From: Octopus sinensis
Lineage: Eukaryota
Length of the DNA: 64,000 nucleotides
NCBI RefSeq assembly: GCF_006345805.1
Contig: NC_043017.1
Span: 18,848,001-18,912,000, forward strand
Reading direction: 5' to 3'
The translations under genes and the position numbers were made by a program. Position 1 is the stretch's first letter. Each line of letters begins with the position of its first letter. The notes under the pieces were generated by a model, which worked only from the letters and a program-made list of their open reading frames with translations, was not told the origin of the DNA and made no database searches. Shown here one piece after another: positions 10,239 through 23,920 of the stretch.

Positions 10239-11069
10239 TAGTGAGTTTCATTTCAAGTGTATCAGTTTTTCCTTGAAGTTATGAGGAGTCAAAGCCTAGT
10301 GGGAGAAGGTACATTTGTGTGTGCTATACCGAGAAAAATATCATTTTAATGGTGATTGCCGTTCCAGTGTCACAATAATGGTGAGCGGGGGGGGGTGGAG
10401 ATAATCGTTTTAAAACAAGGATTTTAATGTTTTCAAGAGCTTCTCCCAGTTGTTTTGAAATGTGCGGTAAAGAAAACTTGAAAAAATCCCGACTAAAACG
10501 AAGAAAATTGTGGGACACCTATTTCGAAAATCCGGCTTATGTTGGACAGCTACTCCGTAAGGTCCATATTTTATAATATAGACATTACGATTCTGAAACC
10601 GCCCCCTCCCTCGTCTTCTCGCTTCTTTCAACTTGAAAACTTTTAAAAACGTCACTTGCGCATGCGTAGATACATGCTAAGCAATTAGCAGACGATCCTT
10701 TATTAACGACGAAAAAATCTTTATTTTAAAAAAAAATTATTTCGAAATTTAAGTCTAATTTCCACTACCACAATCATTTTTTAATTTTTGATTATTAAAT
10801 TTTTTTTTAAATTACAAATTTAAAGGCAATTTTTGCTTTTATCTACATATATTTGCATGTCTGTGGGAATGACTGACTGATAGTCAAAGCAGACGTGTAC
10901 ATAAACTCAAAGACTGCAAGTTTGAAAACAATTTTTTCGAAATTTCCGATTTAGTTAAATCCCTCTCTTCCTGACAGCTTGCAACTTTGTGAAAATTTTA
11001 AAACACATTCCATCCCTTATACATACACATATATATAAATATGAAGTTCCAGATATGGAAACAAGGTCT

Positions 11070-11910
11070 AGAATCAAAGGGCCTTAGCAAAAACCAAAGT
11101 CATAGTAAGTAGGAAGGTAGATAAATCACAAATTCCCTCAGGTAGATAGCTCAGCTCAATCTGTAGAAAAGGTGTAAGTAGAAACTCCATAAGATGTACC
11201 CAGTGTAAACTTTGGACACACAAAAGATGCAGCAACATCAAAGGAAGATTAACAGAAAAACTAACTTCTATAATGGAATGTGCACAGGCATAATAAATGC
11301 TGAACAAGTGTGGAAAATAGACTCCATCAACTACCAGGGGGGCAAGCTAGAGGTAGTAGTTAGCTTCTGGTATCTAAGTAACCAGGTTAGTGGTGAAGGT
11401 GGTTGTTCCGAGAGTGTAGCCATAAGTATAAGATTAGAGTTCCTTCCCCTGCTTGCAACAAAGGGCCTCTCTCTCAGAGTCAAAGGCAGATTGTTTGATG
11501 CCTGTGCGTGAACAGCTATGCTGCATAGCAATGAAACATGGGCTGTAACAGCCGAGGACATGCATAGGCTTGAGAGAAATGAAGCCAGTGTGCTTTGCTG
11601 GATGTGCAATATCAGCTGGCATGTTCAACAGAGTGTAAACATCTTGAGAGAAAAGTTAGGCATAAGAGGAATCAGATGCAGTGTGCAAGAGAGACTCCAC
11701 TGGTATGGTTATGTGATGCATATGTATGAGGACAGCTGTGTAAAGAAGGGCCAATCTTTAACTGTGGAAGGGACCTGTGGTAGAGGTAGACCCAGGAAGA
11801 CATTGGATGAAGCATCATGACCTTTGAACTTAGAACCTCACAGAGGCAATGACTAGTGACAGAGGCCTTTGGCAATGTGCTCTACTTAAGAAGACCCATC
11901 AAGCCAAGTG
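11070..11910 (+). mobile_element. RTE LINE 3' fragment
   Basis: Peptides LPLLATKGLSLRVKGRLFDAC and HSNETWAVTAEDMHRLERNEAS...GRGRPRKT. Confidence 0.85.
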
Positions 11911-12059
11911 CATCCATGCTGATGACGCATAAAGAAAAAAGTCAACAATTGAACGTTGGGCCTCACAGAGGCAAAGTGGCTGAGTACCTTTCGAGCATTG
12001 GGCTTGATGGAGGCAAAGTGGCTGAGTTCCTTTCGAGTTATTTTTGAGGGCTGTGGTCC

Positions 12060-13250
12060 AAAAACTTTCCTTATTGTGCTTTTTTTGTACAAAGGCAAGG
12101 GCACCAAGTCTGAATGTGGTAACTGTAGTGGTATAAGCCTGCTTGAATCAATGGGAAAAGTTATGTCCAAGGTCTGTTGAATCCTCTGACATGTTTCTGC
12201 CCTTGTGTCATCCCTGACACCCAATGTAAATTCCATGATTTTCTCAACCTGCCAGCTTATGGAAGAATGCACTGAGTAATGATTGCCACTCTATCGAATA
12301 TATGTGGATCTTACCAAAGCTTTCAATGCTGTTAACCCTAGTGTATTGTGAGACATTGTAGAAGCTTAGATGCCCTCCTGAATTTGTCAAGATAATTAAG
12401 GAGCCTCATCATATGAAGGCAAGAGTGAAATTTAATGGCACACTTTCAGAACCAAAAATGGTGTCAAATAGGGTGAATACTAGCGCTGATACTGTTCCCC
12501 ATATACTTTACCATGATACTACTGCATGCTTTCCAGGACTGCAATGCAATTCAACACCAAGTCAAAAACGTTCAGCACTCTTATCAGAGAGCTTCTTTAT
12601 GCTGATGATATATATCTTGTGGCTTGTTATGTAGATGAAAGTGGGGATTTTCTCTATGTGCACTACTTTTGGATCCAATATTAGCATAAGTGTGCAAAAT
12701 ATGGACAGCCTATACACATCATATCAAGCAGTTGGAGAGGTTTCACCAGTTTTGCAACTGATGCATCCTGTACACCAAGTGATTCTCTTACACATTTAAT
12801 GCTGCTATACTTGAGAGGATGGGCAGTAGCAGTATTGAGAAAAGAATAATTTTGGATCAAATGTGCTGGGCTAGCTATGTTGTCAGAATGGAGGATAGAA
12901 AGATGCTTAAACAAAATTTTTATAGGGAGCTGATCAGAGGAAAGAGGTCTCAGCATAAACCAAGGAATTGGTTTAAGTATATAATAAAAGGCAATTTGAA
13001 AGCTTTGGAGATGGATGTGGATAAGTGGGAGGCATTGGTTGAAAACTGCATCATGGAGGTTTGTCAGGAATAGATATAATGTCTATGAGCAAGAGTGAGT
13101 GGATTATACTGCTCTGAAGCAGTGAATATTTCAGTGCAGTGCCAGCAGAAATTCAGCTGAAATGAGTGTGGATGATTTCTTCTGTCAAGAGCTGGATTGG
13201 TCAACCACCTGTACTCTCATGAACCTGGGAGAAATCAAGCAACTTGTGAG
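12060..13250 (+). mobile_element. RTE (BovB-like) LINE RT fragment
   Basis: Peptides LYKGKGTKSECGNCSGISLL, YVDLTKAFNAV, KARVKFNGTLSEP and CWASYVVRMEDRKMLKQ; degenerate. Confidence 0.8.
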
Positions 13251-14652
13251 ATTACCTGTCTTTCACTAGGTATTAATCACAGAAACTCAGAGTTGTACAT
13301 GTGTTGTAGAAGCATTTATTAGTATATTCCAATGATGTCTAAATGTTTCTTCATGGTAACCTCATTTCTCATCCCATCTACTGAAATCCTAAAGCAATAG
13401 AAGAAAGCAATGTATGCACACCTATCCAGTGGGAAACACATAGTAAGTTACAACTGTCATCTGACAGGTCATGGATAGAAAGTTAGAAATGCCAACAAGG
13501 AAGCACAAGGAGATGGCAATTATCTGAAGATGGAGCAGTTGTGTTTGTGTGTGTGTTTATGTACATCAAGAGAAGTAAGGGTTTTGATGTAAATTTGCAC
13601 TGTATCTACATTAAGTATGACGTTCAGATGATTATATATGTATATGTCTACATAGGTGTGAGTTCATATCTCCTTGTCTTGTTCAAGGAGTTCATATCCT
13701 GTGTGATAGTTGTAAAAGAGCATCACTGTCATACAAGCAGTGCTGCTTGTTTCCAATATTGTGCAAAGGCATTATTTAGCCAAGGAAGAATATTACTTCA
13801 CTTAGAAACAAGTTAGGGTTAGCAACAAGAAGAGCATCCTGCCATAGATAATCTGCCTCAATAAACTCCATATGGCACATGCAAACATAGAAAAGTGGAC
13901 ATTTTTTCATTATTACATTTTTTACCAAGGCAATCATTGAAAAAATTTATGAAATTTAATTTTTTTTATTAATTTCAATCAAATGAAAAAAGAAATCCTT
14001 CTATTTATTGATCATAAAACTTTCATTTGATGTCCAAATATATTTATTGTTGGGAAAGCCAAAAGTATTTTATTTTGGTTTTAAGATCAGAAATGTAAAT
14101 ATTAAGTTTTGTTAACTGTACATTGGTTTTCACAAAATGATTTGCTTATATTGTTTTAGCTAGTCTGCAACTGTTAATGACTGTAAACCTTTATTGAAAA
14201 AGATTAAATTAAGAGATATGAATCCTGGTTACTAGTCATATCCCAGAATATACAGAGTACAGCAGAAAAATCTCCCATTATTTTGCCCAGCCATTGGTGT
14301 GGTGCTAATGAAATTACATAGATGGTGATGGTGTATTCTATAGCTAATGATTTTTTTTTAGTCACCATCATGGTTTGGACCAGTGAATATTGTGCATTTG
14401 CTGTTGAGACATTTATCAAAAATAGTGAATGAGGTTTTATATCTAAAACAGATACTGTTGATTCTGGATTCCCACATATGAATAATGATATTGGTGTTCA
14501 TGTCCACCTCCATATCCAGACCACCAGTTACTGGCAACATACAATAGCCAGAATTAGCAAATGCCACCTCATGGTAATATTAACTTTAAACATGAGATAT
14601 TCAAACCTCAATAATTAAATAATCTCAAATGAGATTAAGTCTGACACATTAG

Positions 14653-14785
14653 TTGCTTGTTTCTATCATCCTTTAGGGGGTTGATAATATAAGTATCAGT
14701 TGAGCAATGGGGTTGATATAAATGATTCACCCCTTCCCCTTAACTTGCTGGCTTTGTGCCAAGATTAAAAAGAATTATCATTATT
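14653..14785 (+). mobile_element. Decayed SINE family A, 3' half
   Basis: CATCCTTTAGGGGTTGATAATATAAGTATCAGTTGAGC core. Confidence 0.6.
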
Positions 14786-15249
14786 ATTTTTGAGATTACT
14801 TCTACAACTGTGTATATTGGTATTTCATCTGAGAAAGGTCATAACTCAACGAATAAGGAAGAGAGCTAGCATAAATTAGATGCAGTTTAGTAAGGCAATT
14901 TCAGGAGAAGCATTTAGCCAAAAATTAACTGCTGTGCTTAGTTCTTTTCAATATGGAGAGAGCCTTTGACAGAGTTCCTTGCTCCTTCATCCAGTGGTTG
15001 CTGTTGTTCAACAGAGTAGCTTTTGCTATCAAGCTGCACAGTAAACCATATCAGATGTTATATTTTGCAAATTTTTGCATCCTACAAGAAGCCATTGAAC
15101 TATCGATACATCATTTGCAGTGGCATGTGGCATGAAACTGAGGAATCACCAAAGCAAAGAGGGGACAGATATTTGGTGTGGTATGAAGGTACCTGATGTG
15201 TAATGAAATATTCAATCATTTCACTAATTATTTCTCACTTATCAATTGG

Positions 15250-15665
15250 TGCAGACAGAGCAGTATGGCAACTACATACATTCAGGTTCAGTACCACTGC
15301 ATAGCACCTTAGGCAATTATCATCTACAATAGCCCTAGGCCAACCAAAGCCTTATGAGTAAATATGGTAGAGGAAAATTCTGTGGAAGTCTATTGTATAC
15401 GTGTGTGTGTGTGAGACTGTGTCTATGTACTACAGTCTCCTTGCCTTGACATCATGTGATAATTTTAAATGAGTGACAGTTGTGCCAGCAGTGTCCTTTG
15501 TTTCCAAAATGCAAAAACATTTTTGGCCATGGGAAAATATTACCTGACATGGAAATAGGAGAGTGTTAGTGACAGGAAGGATATCCAGCTATAGAAAATC
15601 TGCCTCAACAAATTTTATCCAAAGTATGTGAGCATGTAAAAATGAATGTTATAACAACAATGATA
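15250..15665 (+). mobile_element. tRNA-derived SINE family B, near full length, decayed
   Basis: GGTTCAGTACCACTGCATAGCACCTTAGGCAA head, (GT)n middle and GGAAGGATATCCAGCTATAGAAAATCTGCC tail. Confidence 0.7.
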
Positions 15666-15966
15666 ACTGTACAATGAAATAGTCCTTGATATCTGATAAA
15701 AACATTATTCAGTCATTTAACCATAATGTCACATAACCAATAGTATCTTTTCTCCTTTCTGGAAATACATTACATTGAATATATACAAATAAATACTTTT
15801 ATTAACAATATCACACTGGTAAGTTATGGCACCAATATAGTTATTATCAGGAGTTATATAAAAGGTAGCATTCTTATTTTAACACAGTTGTGTCTTTATT
15901 ACTGCATTCATAAATTTATGTTTAGATATCTTTTCAGAGCAAATGTTCGTACATTTTCATGCAAAA

Positions 15967-18078
15967 TTATACTTCTGCATGAATACATACATGTGTAGCT
16001 AAGAGATGTTTCCGAGAAAATGATTTACCACAGATATAACATTCATATGGCTTTTCATCAGCATGAATATACTTGTGACAAGTCAAGTCACTAGATCGAG
16101 AGAATGATTTACCACAGATACCACAGTGATATGGCTTCTCTCCTGTATGAATTCGTACGTGGGTAGTTAAGGAATTTCTATAAGAGAATGATTTACCACA
16201 AATATCACAATGATATGGCTTTTCTCCTGTATGAACATATTTGTGTATAGTTAAGTCATTACTCTGAGAGAATGATTTACCACATATCTCACAGTGATAT
16301 GGCTTGTCTCCTGTATGAGTCCGAATGTGAGTAGTTAACTCACTACTTTGTGAGAATGATTTACCACAGATATCACAGAGATAAGGTTTCTCTCCTGTAT
16401 GAATTCGCTTGTGAGTAGTTAAATGGCATCTTCTGTTGAATGATTTCCCACAGATGTCACAGTGATATGGCTTCTCACCTGTATGAATATATCTATGAGT
16501 AGTTAAGTCACTACTTTTACAAAATGATTTACCACAGATTTCACAGTGATATGGCTTTTCTCCTGTATGAATTCGTTTGTGTACAGTTACAGTACTTGAA
16601 TGAGAGAAAGATTTACCACAAATATCACAGTGATATGGTTTTTCTCCTGTATGAATATATTTGTGAGTGGTCAAGTGACTATTTCGAGAAAATGATTTAC
16701 TACAGATATCACAATGATATGGCTTATCTCCTGTAAGAATCTGTTTTTGTATAGTTAAAGCATTTGTATGAGAGAAAGATTTGTCACAAACATCAGGTGA
16801 AATTAGCTTTTCTCCTGAATGAATATGCTTATGTTTAGTTAAGTAACTGCTTCGAGAGAATGATTTACCACAGATTTCGCATGGATATGTCTTCGCACTG
16901 GTATGAATGCGTTTGTGTATGGTTAAGGTGCTTCTACAAGAAAATGATTTATTACAGATATCACAGCAATATGGCTTCTCTCCTGTATGAGTACGTATAT
17001 GGGTAGTTAAGTTACGACTATGGAGAAATGATTTCCCACAGACATCACAGCGATGTGGCTTCTCACCTGTATGACTGCATTTGTGTATAGCTAAGACATT
17101 TCTATCACTGAATGATTTTGCACAAATATCACATGCATATGGCTTCTCTCCTGTATGAATATGTTTATGTTTGATTAAGACATGTCTATAAGTGAATGAT
17201 TTACGACAAATTGTACAGTGATATGGCTTCTCACCTGTGTGAATACGTTTGTGAATAGTTAAAGTTCCTGTTCTAGAGAATGATTTGCCACAGATATCAC
17301 ACTGATATGAATTATCACCTGTATGTATATGTTTGTGTATTGTTAAGGAATTTTTATGAGTGAATGATTTACCACAGATGTCACATCGGTATGGCTTCTC
17401 ACCTGTATGAATGCGTATGTGGGTAGTTAAGTCACTACTTCCAGAAAATGATTTACCACAGATGTTACAGTGATATGGCTTTTCACCTGTATGTACACGC
17501 TTGTGTTTATTCAAGTCACTACTTGCAGAGAAGGATTTACCACAGATATCACAATGAAATGGTTTTTCTCCAGTATGAATTCGTTTGTGTTTAGATAAAT
17601 CATATTTCCGAGAGAATGATTTACTACAGAAATCACAACAATATGGTTTTATCCCTGTATGTATGCTTTTGTGAAAAGTCAAATGAATTCTTTGAGAGAA
17701 GGATTTCCCACAGACTTCACAGTAATATGGCTTTTCTCCTGTGTGAGTAATTTTGTGCCTAGTTAAATGAGTTTTTGCAGAGAATGATTTACCACAGATA
17801 TCACAGTGATAAGACTTTTCACCCGTATGGATACGTTTGTGTTTAGTTAAGTAACTACTTGAAATGAATGATTTACCACAGATATCACAGTGATATGGCT
17901 TCTCCCCCGTATGAATACGTTTGTGTACAGTTAAAGCTTTTCTTTGCGTGAACGATTTACCACAGATATCACAGTGGTTTGGTGTTTTACCCATTCCTTC
18001 TAGTATGTCATTCGGAAATGCTATACTTTCAGACTCTGTTTTAATTATAATTGATTTCTCACATAATTCATTTTCCAT
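15967..18078 (-). CDS. C2H2 zinc-finger gene 2 (24 repeats, repeat 15 degenerate)
   Basis: 703-aa uninterrupted ORF with a 33-aa N-terminus followed by tandem fingers. Confidence 0.95.
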   Translation of the reverse strand: MENELCEKSIIIKTESESIAFPNDILEGMGKTPNHCDICGKSFTQRKALTVHKRIHTGEKPYHCDICGKSFISSSYLTKHKRIHTGEKSYHCDICGKSFSAKTHLTRHKITHTGEKPYYCEVCGKSFSQRIHLTFHKSIHTGIKPYCCDFCSKSFSRKYDLSKHKRIHTGEKPFHCDICGKSFSASSDLNKHKRVHTGEKPYHCNICGKSFSGSSDLTTHIRIHTGEKPYRCDICGKSFTHKNSLTIHKHIHTGDNSYQCDICGKSFSRTGTLTIHKRIHTGEKPYHCTICRKSFTYRHVLIKHKHIHTGEKPYACDICAKSFSDRNVLAIHKCSHTGEKPHRCDVCGKSFLHSRNLTTHIRTHTGEKPYCCDICNKSFSCRSTLTIHKRIHTSAKTYPCEICGKSFSRSSYLTKHKHIHSGEKLISPDVCDKSFSHTNALTIQKQILTGDKPYHCDICSKSFSRNSHLTTHKYIHTGEKPYHCDICGKSFSHSSTVTVHKRIHTGEKPYHCEICGKSFCKSSDLTTHRYIHTGEKPYHCDICGKSFNRRCHLTTHKRIHTGEKPYLCDICGKSFSQSSELTTHIRTHTGDKPYHCEICGKSFSQSNDLTIHKYVHTGEKPYHCDICGKSFSYRNSLTTHVRIHTGEKPYHCGICGKSFSRSSDLTCHKYIHADEKPYECYICGKSFSRKHLLATHVCIHAEV

Positions 18079-18410
18079 AATTATTCTTCTTTCACCAGTT
18101 CTTTAATTAGTTTATTTTTATTTTCTACCAAGAAATTTCTTTCAGCTTCGATCTTTGTTGATATATAATGATAGAAACTAGTTTAGTAAAATCGTCGAAA
18201 TTTCATTTGAATGCTAATCACTCTTTAATATAATCCAGACAGTGAAACAGAAAATTTCGCTAATAATTTCAGCTCACAACAAGTATTTCACAGAAATTCC
18301 ATCATGCATTTCTATTTGGAATAATATCTTCCTTTAGTCTTTAAACGATAAATATTTATGATGAATCTGAATTTTTAGAAAATTCTTTTCTGCCAAAACC
18401 ATTTGATATT

Positions 18411-19237
18411 CTGAAACAGTAGAGAAACAGTGTAAGATGTAGGGGCATACTTAAAAGTAGAAATTCAGCAGAAACTTTATATTTCTATATCAGTTAACTG
18501 TAATTTGATTCCACTTTACTTTTCAATTTGCTATTACAAATTACATAACATTCTGTGATGTTTATATACTGGCATAAGTTATGCCTAAAAATTTACAAAC
18601 TTTGGCAACAAATATATTACAGAACACAATTAGGGACGATAAGATTTGGTTCTCCGTCCAGAAAAGTCATTCAGCGTCAGTCATTTGTAGTTTAGCTCCA
18701 CGTCATTTCTAAGTAGATGTAAAGATAACTTATTTGACTGTAAATTCATCACAAACATATCGGGATTTCATTGTTACGAATTGTAATTACATCGCCAGTC
18801 ATCGTCGGCAAATTTATTATCGTTGTTTTTCATCTGCAGGTTAAGAGACCTTTCAAAACATTACCTATTTCATTATCAAAGTAAAATAACATCCATCGCT
18901 AACCAAAATATGCATCTGAAAAGATAATTCTCTCCTATTCCATCGAATTTGTGGTCATCTGTCAACTCATTCAATACTCATCTGGTGTGTAAGATGTACC
19001 AAGGTTGACGACTCCCGGGGTAGAAACTACTATGTTTGAAGCTTAAATCAGAAAACAGTTAACAGCAATAAAAGCACTAAAAATAAACGTTAATTGTATA
19101 AAAATATCCTGAATTATAAACAAGGTGAACAAAAAAATATGGAATTGACGTATTAAATATAGAAATTACTAAACATTATATACTGATGGAAGAAGGAAAA
19201 AAGACGATTGAATGAAGAAAACATGAGCAAAAAATAC
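18411..19237 (-). other. Predicted 5'-UTR intron, gene 2
   Basis: GAG|GTATTT donor; CTCTACTGTTTCAG| acceptor. Confidence 0.65.
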
Positions 19238-19388
19238 CTCATAAATCACAGTTGTTCGGAATGAGTGATGGTGGTTATGTGTGTTAATTAAAGGAATATA
19301 TATATATATATATATATATATAAGCGATATTGCCGTTTGGAATTAAATATCTTCGATTTTCATTGTTAATGAAAACCTGATGTCGATA

Positions 19389-19406
19389 TCCGGTTGAACA
19401 TGCGCA
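19389..19406 (-). promoter_or_regulatory. Conserved promoter motif, gene 2
   Basis: Minus strand TGCGCATGTTCAACCGGA. Confidence 0.65.
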
Positions 19407-19499
19407 TAGCGATGTTATAAAGCTTATGTCATTTAGAATAGAGATACTCGATTTATATTTTTAAAATTTGCTTCGCATTTTTGTTGCCAACAACAAAAG

Positions 19500-19640
19500 T
19501 TAAAATTTTGTCTCCAAAAATACTTTCTCATACTCTGAATTCGCATTTCGCTGAGATCGATTTTACCTTTCATCCTTTTGGGGTCGATAAATAAGTACCA
19601 GTTGAGCACTGGAGTCAATGTAATCGACGAAACCCCTCTA
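19500..19640 (-). mobile_element. SINE family A fragment about 100 bp upstream of the gene 2 promoter motif
   Basis: Plus strand shows TTTACCTTTCATCCTTTTGGGGTCGATAAATAAGTACCAGTTGAGCACTGGAGTCAATGTAATCGAC core homology. The core reads on the plus strand, i.e. antisense to gene 2; the strand given follows the gene. Confidence 0.5.
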
Positions 19641-20299
19641 TTATTATTGTTGTTGTTACATATTTTTTCCTCTTTTTCCATCTGTTCTTTCTCCTCGTTC
19701 CTTTCTGTAAAAGAGCGTACGCTAGACTTTAAAAAAAAACAAAAACAGGAGTTACGTAATCACCATAGTCACTTATATTCACTCACAGTTGTTTCTGCTA
19801 TAAGCAACGCACACAGCTGAGTGCTTGCACCATATTTTATAACTTCTTCAGAAGCTCTGTGTGTGTGTGTTGTTATTGTGTCTACTTGTCTTGACATAGC
19901 ATAATACCTGTGCTACTATCATACAAGCAGCATTATGTTTCCAGTCTTACATAAAAATATTTGTGGCCAAGAAAAACTATTATCTGTTTAGAAATTGGTT
20001 AAGTGCTGCAAGCTGTAAAAAATTTTTATGAATAACATCAAATCCTTGTGGAAAAGTGAATATCAAAACAGTGATGATTATGATGATAGCTAGGGCATAT
20101 GCTCTTTCAGGTGCAGAGACAGGAAAAATTTTGCTCCTCTATTACATGTTAGGTAGAGGTTTCTGGATCTATGAATAATCCTGTCAAATATAACCTGATG
20201 AATTTCTGACAAAGCCACCTCTAAGTGAGAAGTTACACATACTGCAACAGTTAGAATTCCTTCAACTAAAGCTCTCTATAGTCACCATTCCCTGCATCA

Positions 20300-21780
20300 A
20301 CATCATCGTTTAATGTCCGCTTTCCATGCTAGCATGGGTTGGACGATTTTGACTGATGGCTGCACCAGGCTCCAATCTTGATCTGGCAGAGTTTCTACAG
20401 CTGGATGCCCTTCCTAACACCAACCACTCCGAGAGTGTAGTGGGTGCTTTTTACATGCCACTGGCACAGGGCCAGTCAGGCAGTACTGGCAATGACCACG
20501 CTCAAATCTTTTTACACATGCCACCGGTACAGGTGCCAATAAGGCGACGCTAGTAAAGATCATGCTTGAATGGTGCCTTTTACATGCCACCGGCACGGAA
20601 ACCAGTTAGCCGCTCAGATGGTGCTCTTGGCACCCTACTAGAACGGGCACAAGTGCCAGTAAGGCGACACTGGTAACAATCACACTCGAATGGTGTCTTT
20701 TATGTGCCACTGTAATGGAAGCCGGTTAGCCGCTCTGTCAATGATCACACTCGTATGGTGCTCTTTGCACCCCGCTAGCATTGATGCCAGTCATCGATTT
20801 TGATTTCATTTCCCTCAACAGGTCTTTGCAAGCAGAGTTTAGTGTCCAAAGGAGGAAAAGGTATGCATAAGTGGGTTGATTACGCTCCTGACATAGGTCA
20901 TGAGCTTATGGTCTCATTTGGCTTGCCAATCTTCTCAAGCACAGCATATTTCCAAAAGTCTCAATCACTAGTCATTTCCTTGGTGAGGCCTAAAGTTCGA
21001 AGGTCGTGCTTCACCACTTTATCCCAGGTCTTCCTGGGTCTACTTCTTCCACAGGTTCCCTTAACCGCTAGGGTGTGGCACTTTTTCACACAGCTATCCT
21101 CATCCATTCTCACCACATGACCATACCAGCACAGTCGTCTCTCTTGCACACCACATCTGATGCTTCTTAGGTCCAACTTTTCTCTCAATGTACTTACACT
21201 TTGTTGAGTATGCACACTGACATTACACATTCATCGGATCATACTGGCTTCATTCCTTGTGAGCTTACGCATGTCCTCAGCAGTCACAGCCCATGTTTTA
21301 CTGCCATGTAGCATGGCTGTTCGCACACAGGCGTCATACAATCTACCTTTTACTCTGAGCGAGAGGCCTTGTCACTAGCAGAGGTAAGAGCTCTCTGAAC
21401 TTTGCCCAAGCTATTCTTATTCTAGCAGCTACACTTTCAGCACACCCTCCCCCGCTACTGACTTGGTCACCTAGGTAATGGAAGCTATCAACTACTTTTA
21501 GTTTTTCTCCCTGGAATGTGGTGGAAGTTGTTCTCTGCACATTTTCAGTGTTTATTGCTCCCGAGCATCTGCCACATACAAAGACTATCTTCCCAGTTAG
21601 CTTTCCGTTGATATTACTGCATCTCTTATGTGTCCATAGCTTATACTGGGTACATCTTAAAGAGTTTCTACCTACGCCTCTACTACAGATTGAGCAGGGC
21701 CATTTACCTGAAGGGATATGTGGTTTGCCTGCCTTCCTACTTATTAGGACTTTGGTTTTAGCTAGGTAGTTAAGAAACTA
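20300..21780 (-). mobile_element. 5'-truncated RTE LINE with 3' UTR
   Basis: RT C-terminus (LREKLDLRSIRCGVQERRLCWYGHVVRMDEDSC...GRSRPRKTW; KVVDSFHYLGDQVSSGGG), a repetitive 3' UTR and a (GAT)n-type end. Confidence 0.85.
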
Positions 21781-22124
21781 ACCCTGTGAACTGAACCAGC
21801 CAATTAGAATGAGTCCCATCAATTCAATGACAACCAAAATTAACCAAAGAGGATGTGAATGTCTTGTTACTCAGAAGTAGGTATCAACTATTTCACAACA
21901 GTTTCTCTCAATTCTGTGAAACTTGAAGTGTGGAGTGCATTTGTGCATGCCTATCAGTATCTCTCTACATATATATATTTGCCAAATTAAAGACAAACAG
22001 GTTGTGGATATATGTAAAAATGTGGGCTTGTATATTTGTTCATACATATATGTACAAATGTTTGTGTATGTTATATACTTCAAAGGAAATTTTCAACCAC
22101 TATTTAAATCAAACATAACTTAGC

Positions 22125-22720
22125 TGTAATCATCATCATTTAATGCCCATTTTCCATGCTGGCATGAGTTGGATGGTCTGACAGGAGCTGTCCAGACTCC
22201 AATTGTCTGTTGTGGCATGGTTTTTGTAACTGGATGCCCTTCCTAATACCAACCAATTTAAGAGTGTGCTAACTGACTTTCATGTGCCACTGGCACAGGA
22301 GCTTTTATGCAGCACCAGTACAACTGCATTTTATGTAGCACTGTAAAGGACAAGCCTGTATGTATGGATGACAGCAATTTTACTTAGCTTGACATGTCTT
22401 CTCAAGTACAGTAAATCACCACAATTCCTGGTCCCTTGCCATTTCCTCAGTGAGGTCCAGTGTTTGAAGATCCTTTCACATCTTCCTTGTCAACCCCTTC
22501 CACAGGTTCCCTCCAGAATTAGAGCTCAGCACTTCCTTATGCAGTTGTCCCCATCCATATGCAACCAAACCAGCTGAGTCTTCTCTCTTACACTCAGTTT
22601 TCCTCTTAAATCACTTACACTTTGTTGTGTGTGCACACTGACATTACCCAATCAGTGGAGCATGCTAGCTTCATTTCTTTCTGGTCTTCACTGCCATGTA
22701 GCATAGCCGTATGAACACAG
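22125..22720 (-). mobile_element. Decayed RTE 3' fragment
   Basis: CATCATCATTTAATGCCCATTTCCATGCTGGCATG tail plus homology to 20960-21300. Confidence 0.7.
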
Positions 22721-23199
22721 GCATCAGATGAAGTTGCATACCATACATTTGTCAGTAGTGTTATTGGATAGTTAATAAATATTTATGTACAATCATCATA
22801 TATTAGAAAAACTAAGTATATAGGCCTGTTAATGAAAATGTTCCAGGTTATGTTATGTAGAGTAATTATATCCAAACAAAACAAGTACAAAAGTACCTTC
22901 AGGTGTCTCATGCAAATAAGGCTGTGTGTCCAAACAATGTCCCTACCATTCACCTGAAACATTGGGTCTCAGAACTAGCCCCTGTACTTTAAATTCTCTA
23001 CAGGGACCTAAATTGGTCTTTGGAAACACACCACACTATTTCACTCCCTCAAATGGCAATTTTTCTAACTCTGTCAACAATTGCTCTTTTGCACTCACCT
23101 TTAGGTAATGGGGCCACCCATTAACAATGACATCTTACAACACTTTGTATATTTCTTTCTCCCTAAGACTACAAGTAGTTTCTATAAAGCTAATTCCAT

Positions 23200-23500
23200 T
23201 GGTGACCCACCACCAGTTTCTTGCCTTGGAGAAATTTGGTGGAAGCAATGTTGCCATCCTTCATATCAGTAAAGTTTTTCAAAGTATTTGGCATGCAAGT
23301 CTATTGAAATTGCTCACCTATCGGCTCCACCTGTCCCTCATCACTTGAATCAATAGCTTCCTGTCAGATTGCCATATCAGTATATATGTTCATGAAGCTC
23401 TTTCAGTTTCCCATTCTATCAACACTAAGGTACTTCAAGATTGAGTTTTGTCGGCCCCAACACTACCTTCCTTCTATACATCGATAACTTGTCACCACAT
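23200..23500 (+). mobile_element. CR1/L2/Jockey-group LINE RT fragment
   Basis: LHISKVFQSIWHASLLKLL...INSFLSD...INTKVLQD.VLS...FLLYIDN resembles LDISKAFDRVWH...GVPQGSVLSPTLFLLYIND. Confidence 0.65.
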
Positions 23501-23789
23501 TCGGCTGCCACTCTCACACAGATTCACACAACCCTTCATCCTTCTCTAACATTCTCCAACCATGCCTCATCCATCCTCAACCTAGGCACCACACTGACAC
23601 TATGAACATGTCTTTTTCAAAGGCAAGAAATAAAATCAGTACTTGTGCTAAGAAGCCATCATCACAACTACCTTAAATATGAAAAATACTCAACTGGAGA
23701 TATCACAAACACTCCAATTGTATCTAACAACCACTGAAGATCATCCTTGCAAAACCATACCCTTAACAATGCAAGGAACACATCCCAAC

Positions 23790-23920
23790 ATCTAGCCAAC
23801 TGATGCCATGTTCTTGGTAAGGCAGCTGCAGGAGAAGTACTTAGCCAAAAATAAACCTCTGTATTTGGCTTTGACAGGGTCCCCTACTCCCTTATCTAGT
23901 GGGCAATGAGGAAGCTAGAT
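23790..23920 (+). mobile_element. RTE RT fragment
   Basis: TDAMFLVRQLQEKYLAKNKPLYL. Confidence 0.7.

Noticed and set aside
10657-10666. Isolated TGCGCATGCG (NRF1-like); a similar one at about 31985
   Set aside because: It lacks the TCAxCCGGA half, the exon 1 homology, the donor site and any associated ZNF remnant.
11965-12035. 42-bp direct repeat (GAGGCAAAGTGGCTGAGT.CCTTTCGAG twice)
   Set aside because: Only two units at a junction of LINE fragments, so it is not a CRISPR-like array.
20440-20800. Repeated TTTTACATGCCAC.GGCAC units with variable spacers
   Set aside because: This is the 3' UTR tandem repeat of the RTE element, with the same sequence at 61780-61860; the spacers are mutually similar and the context is eukaryotic.
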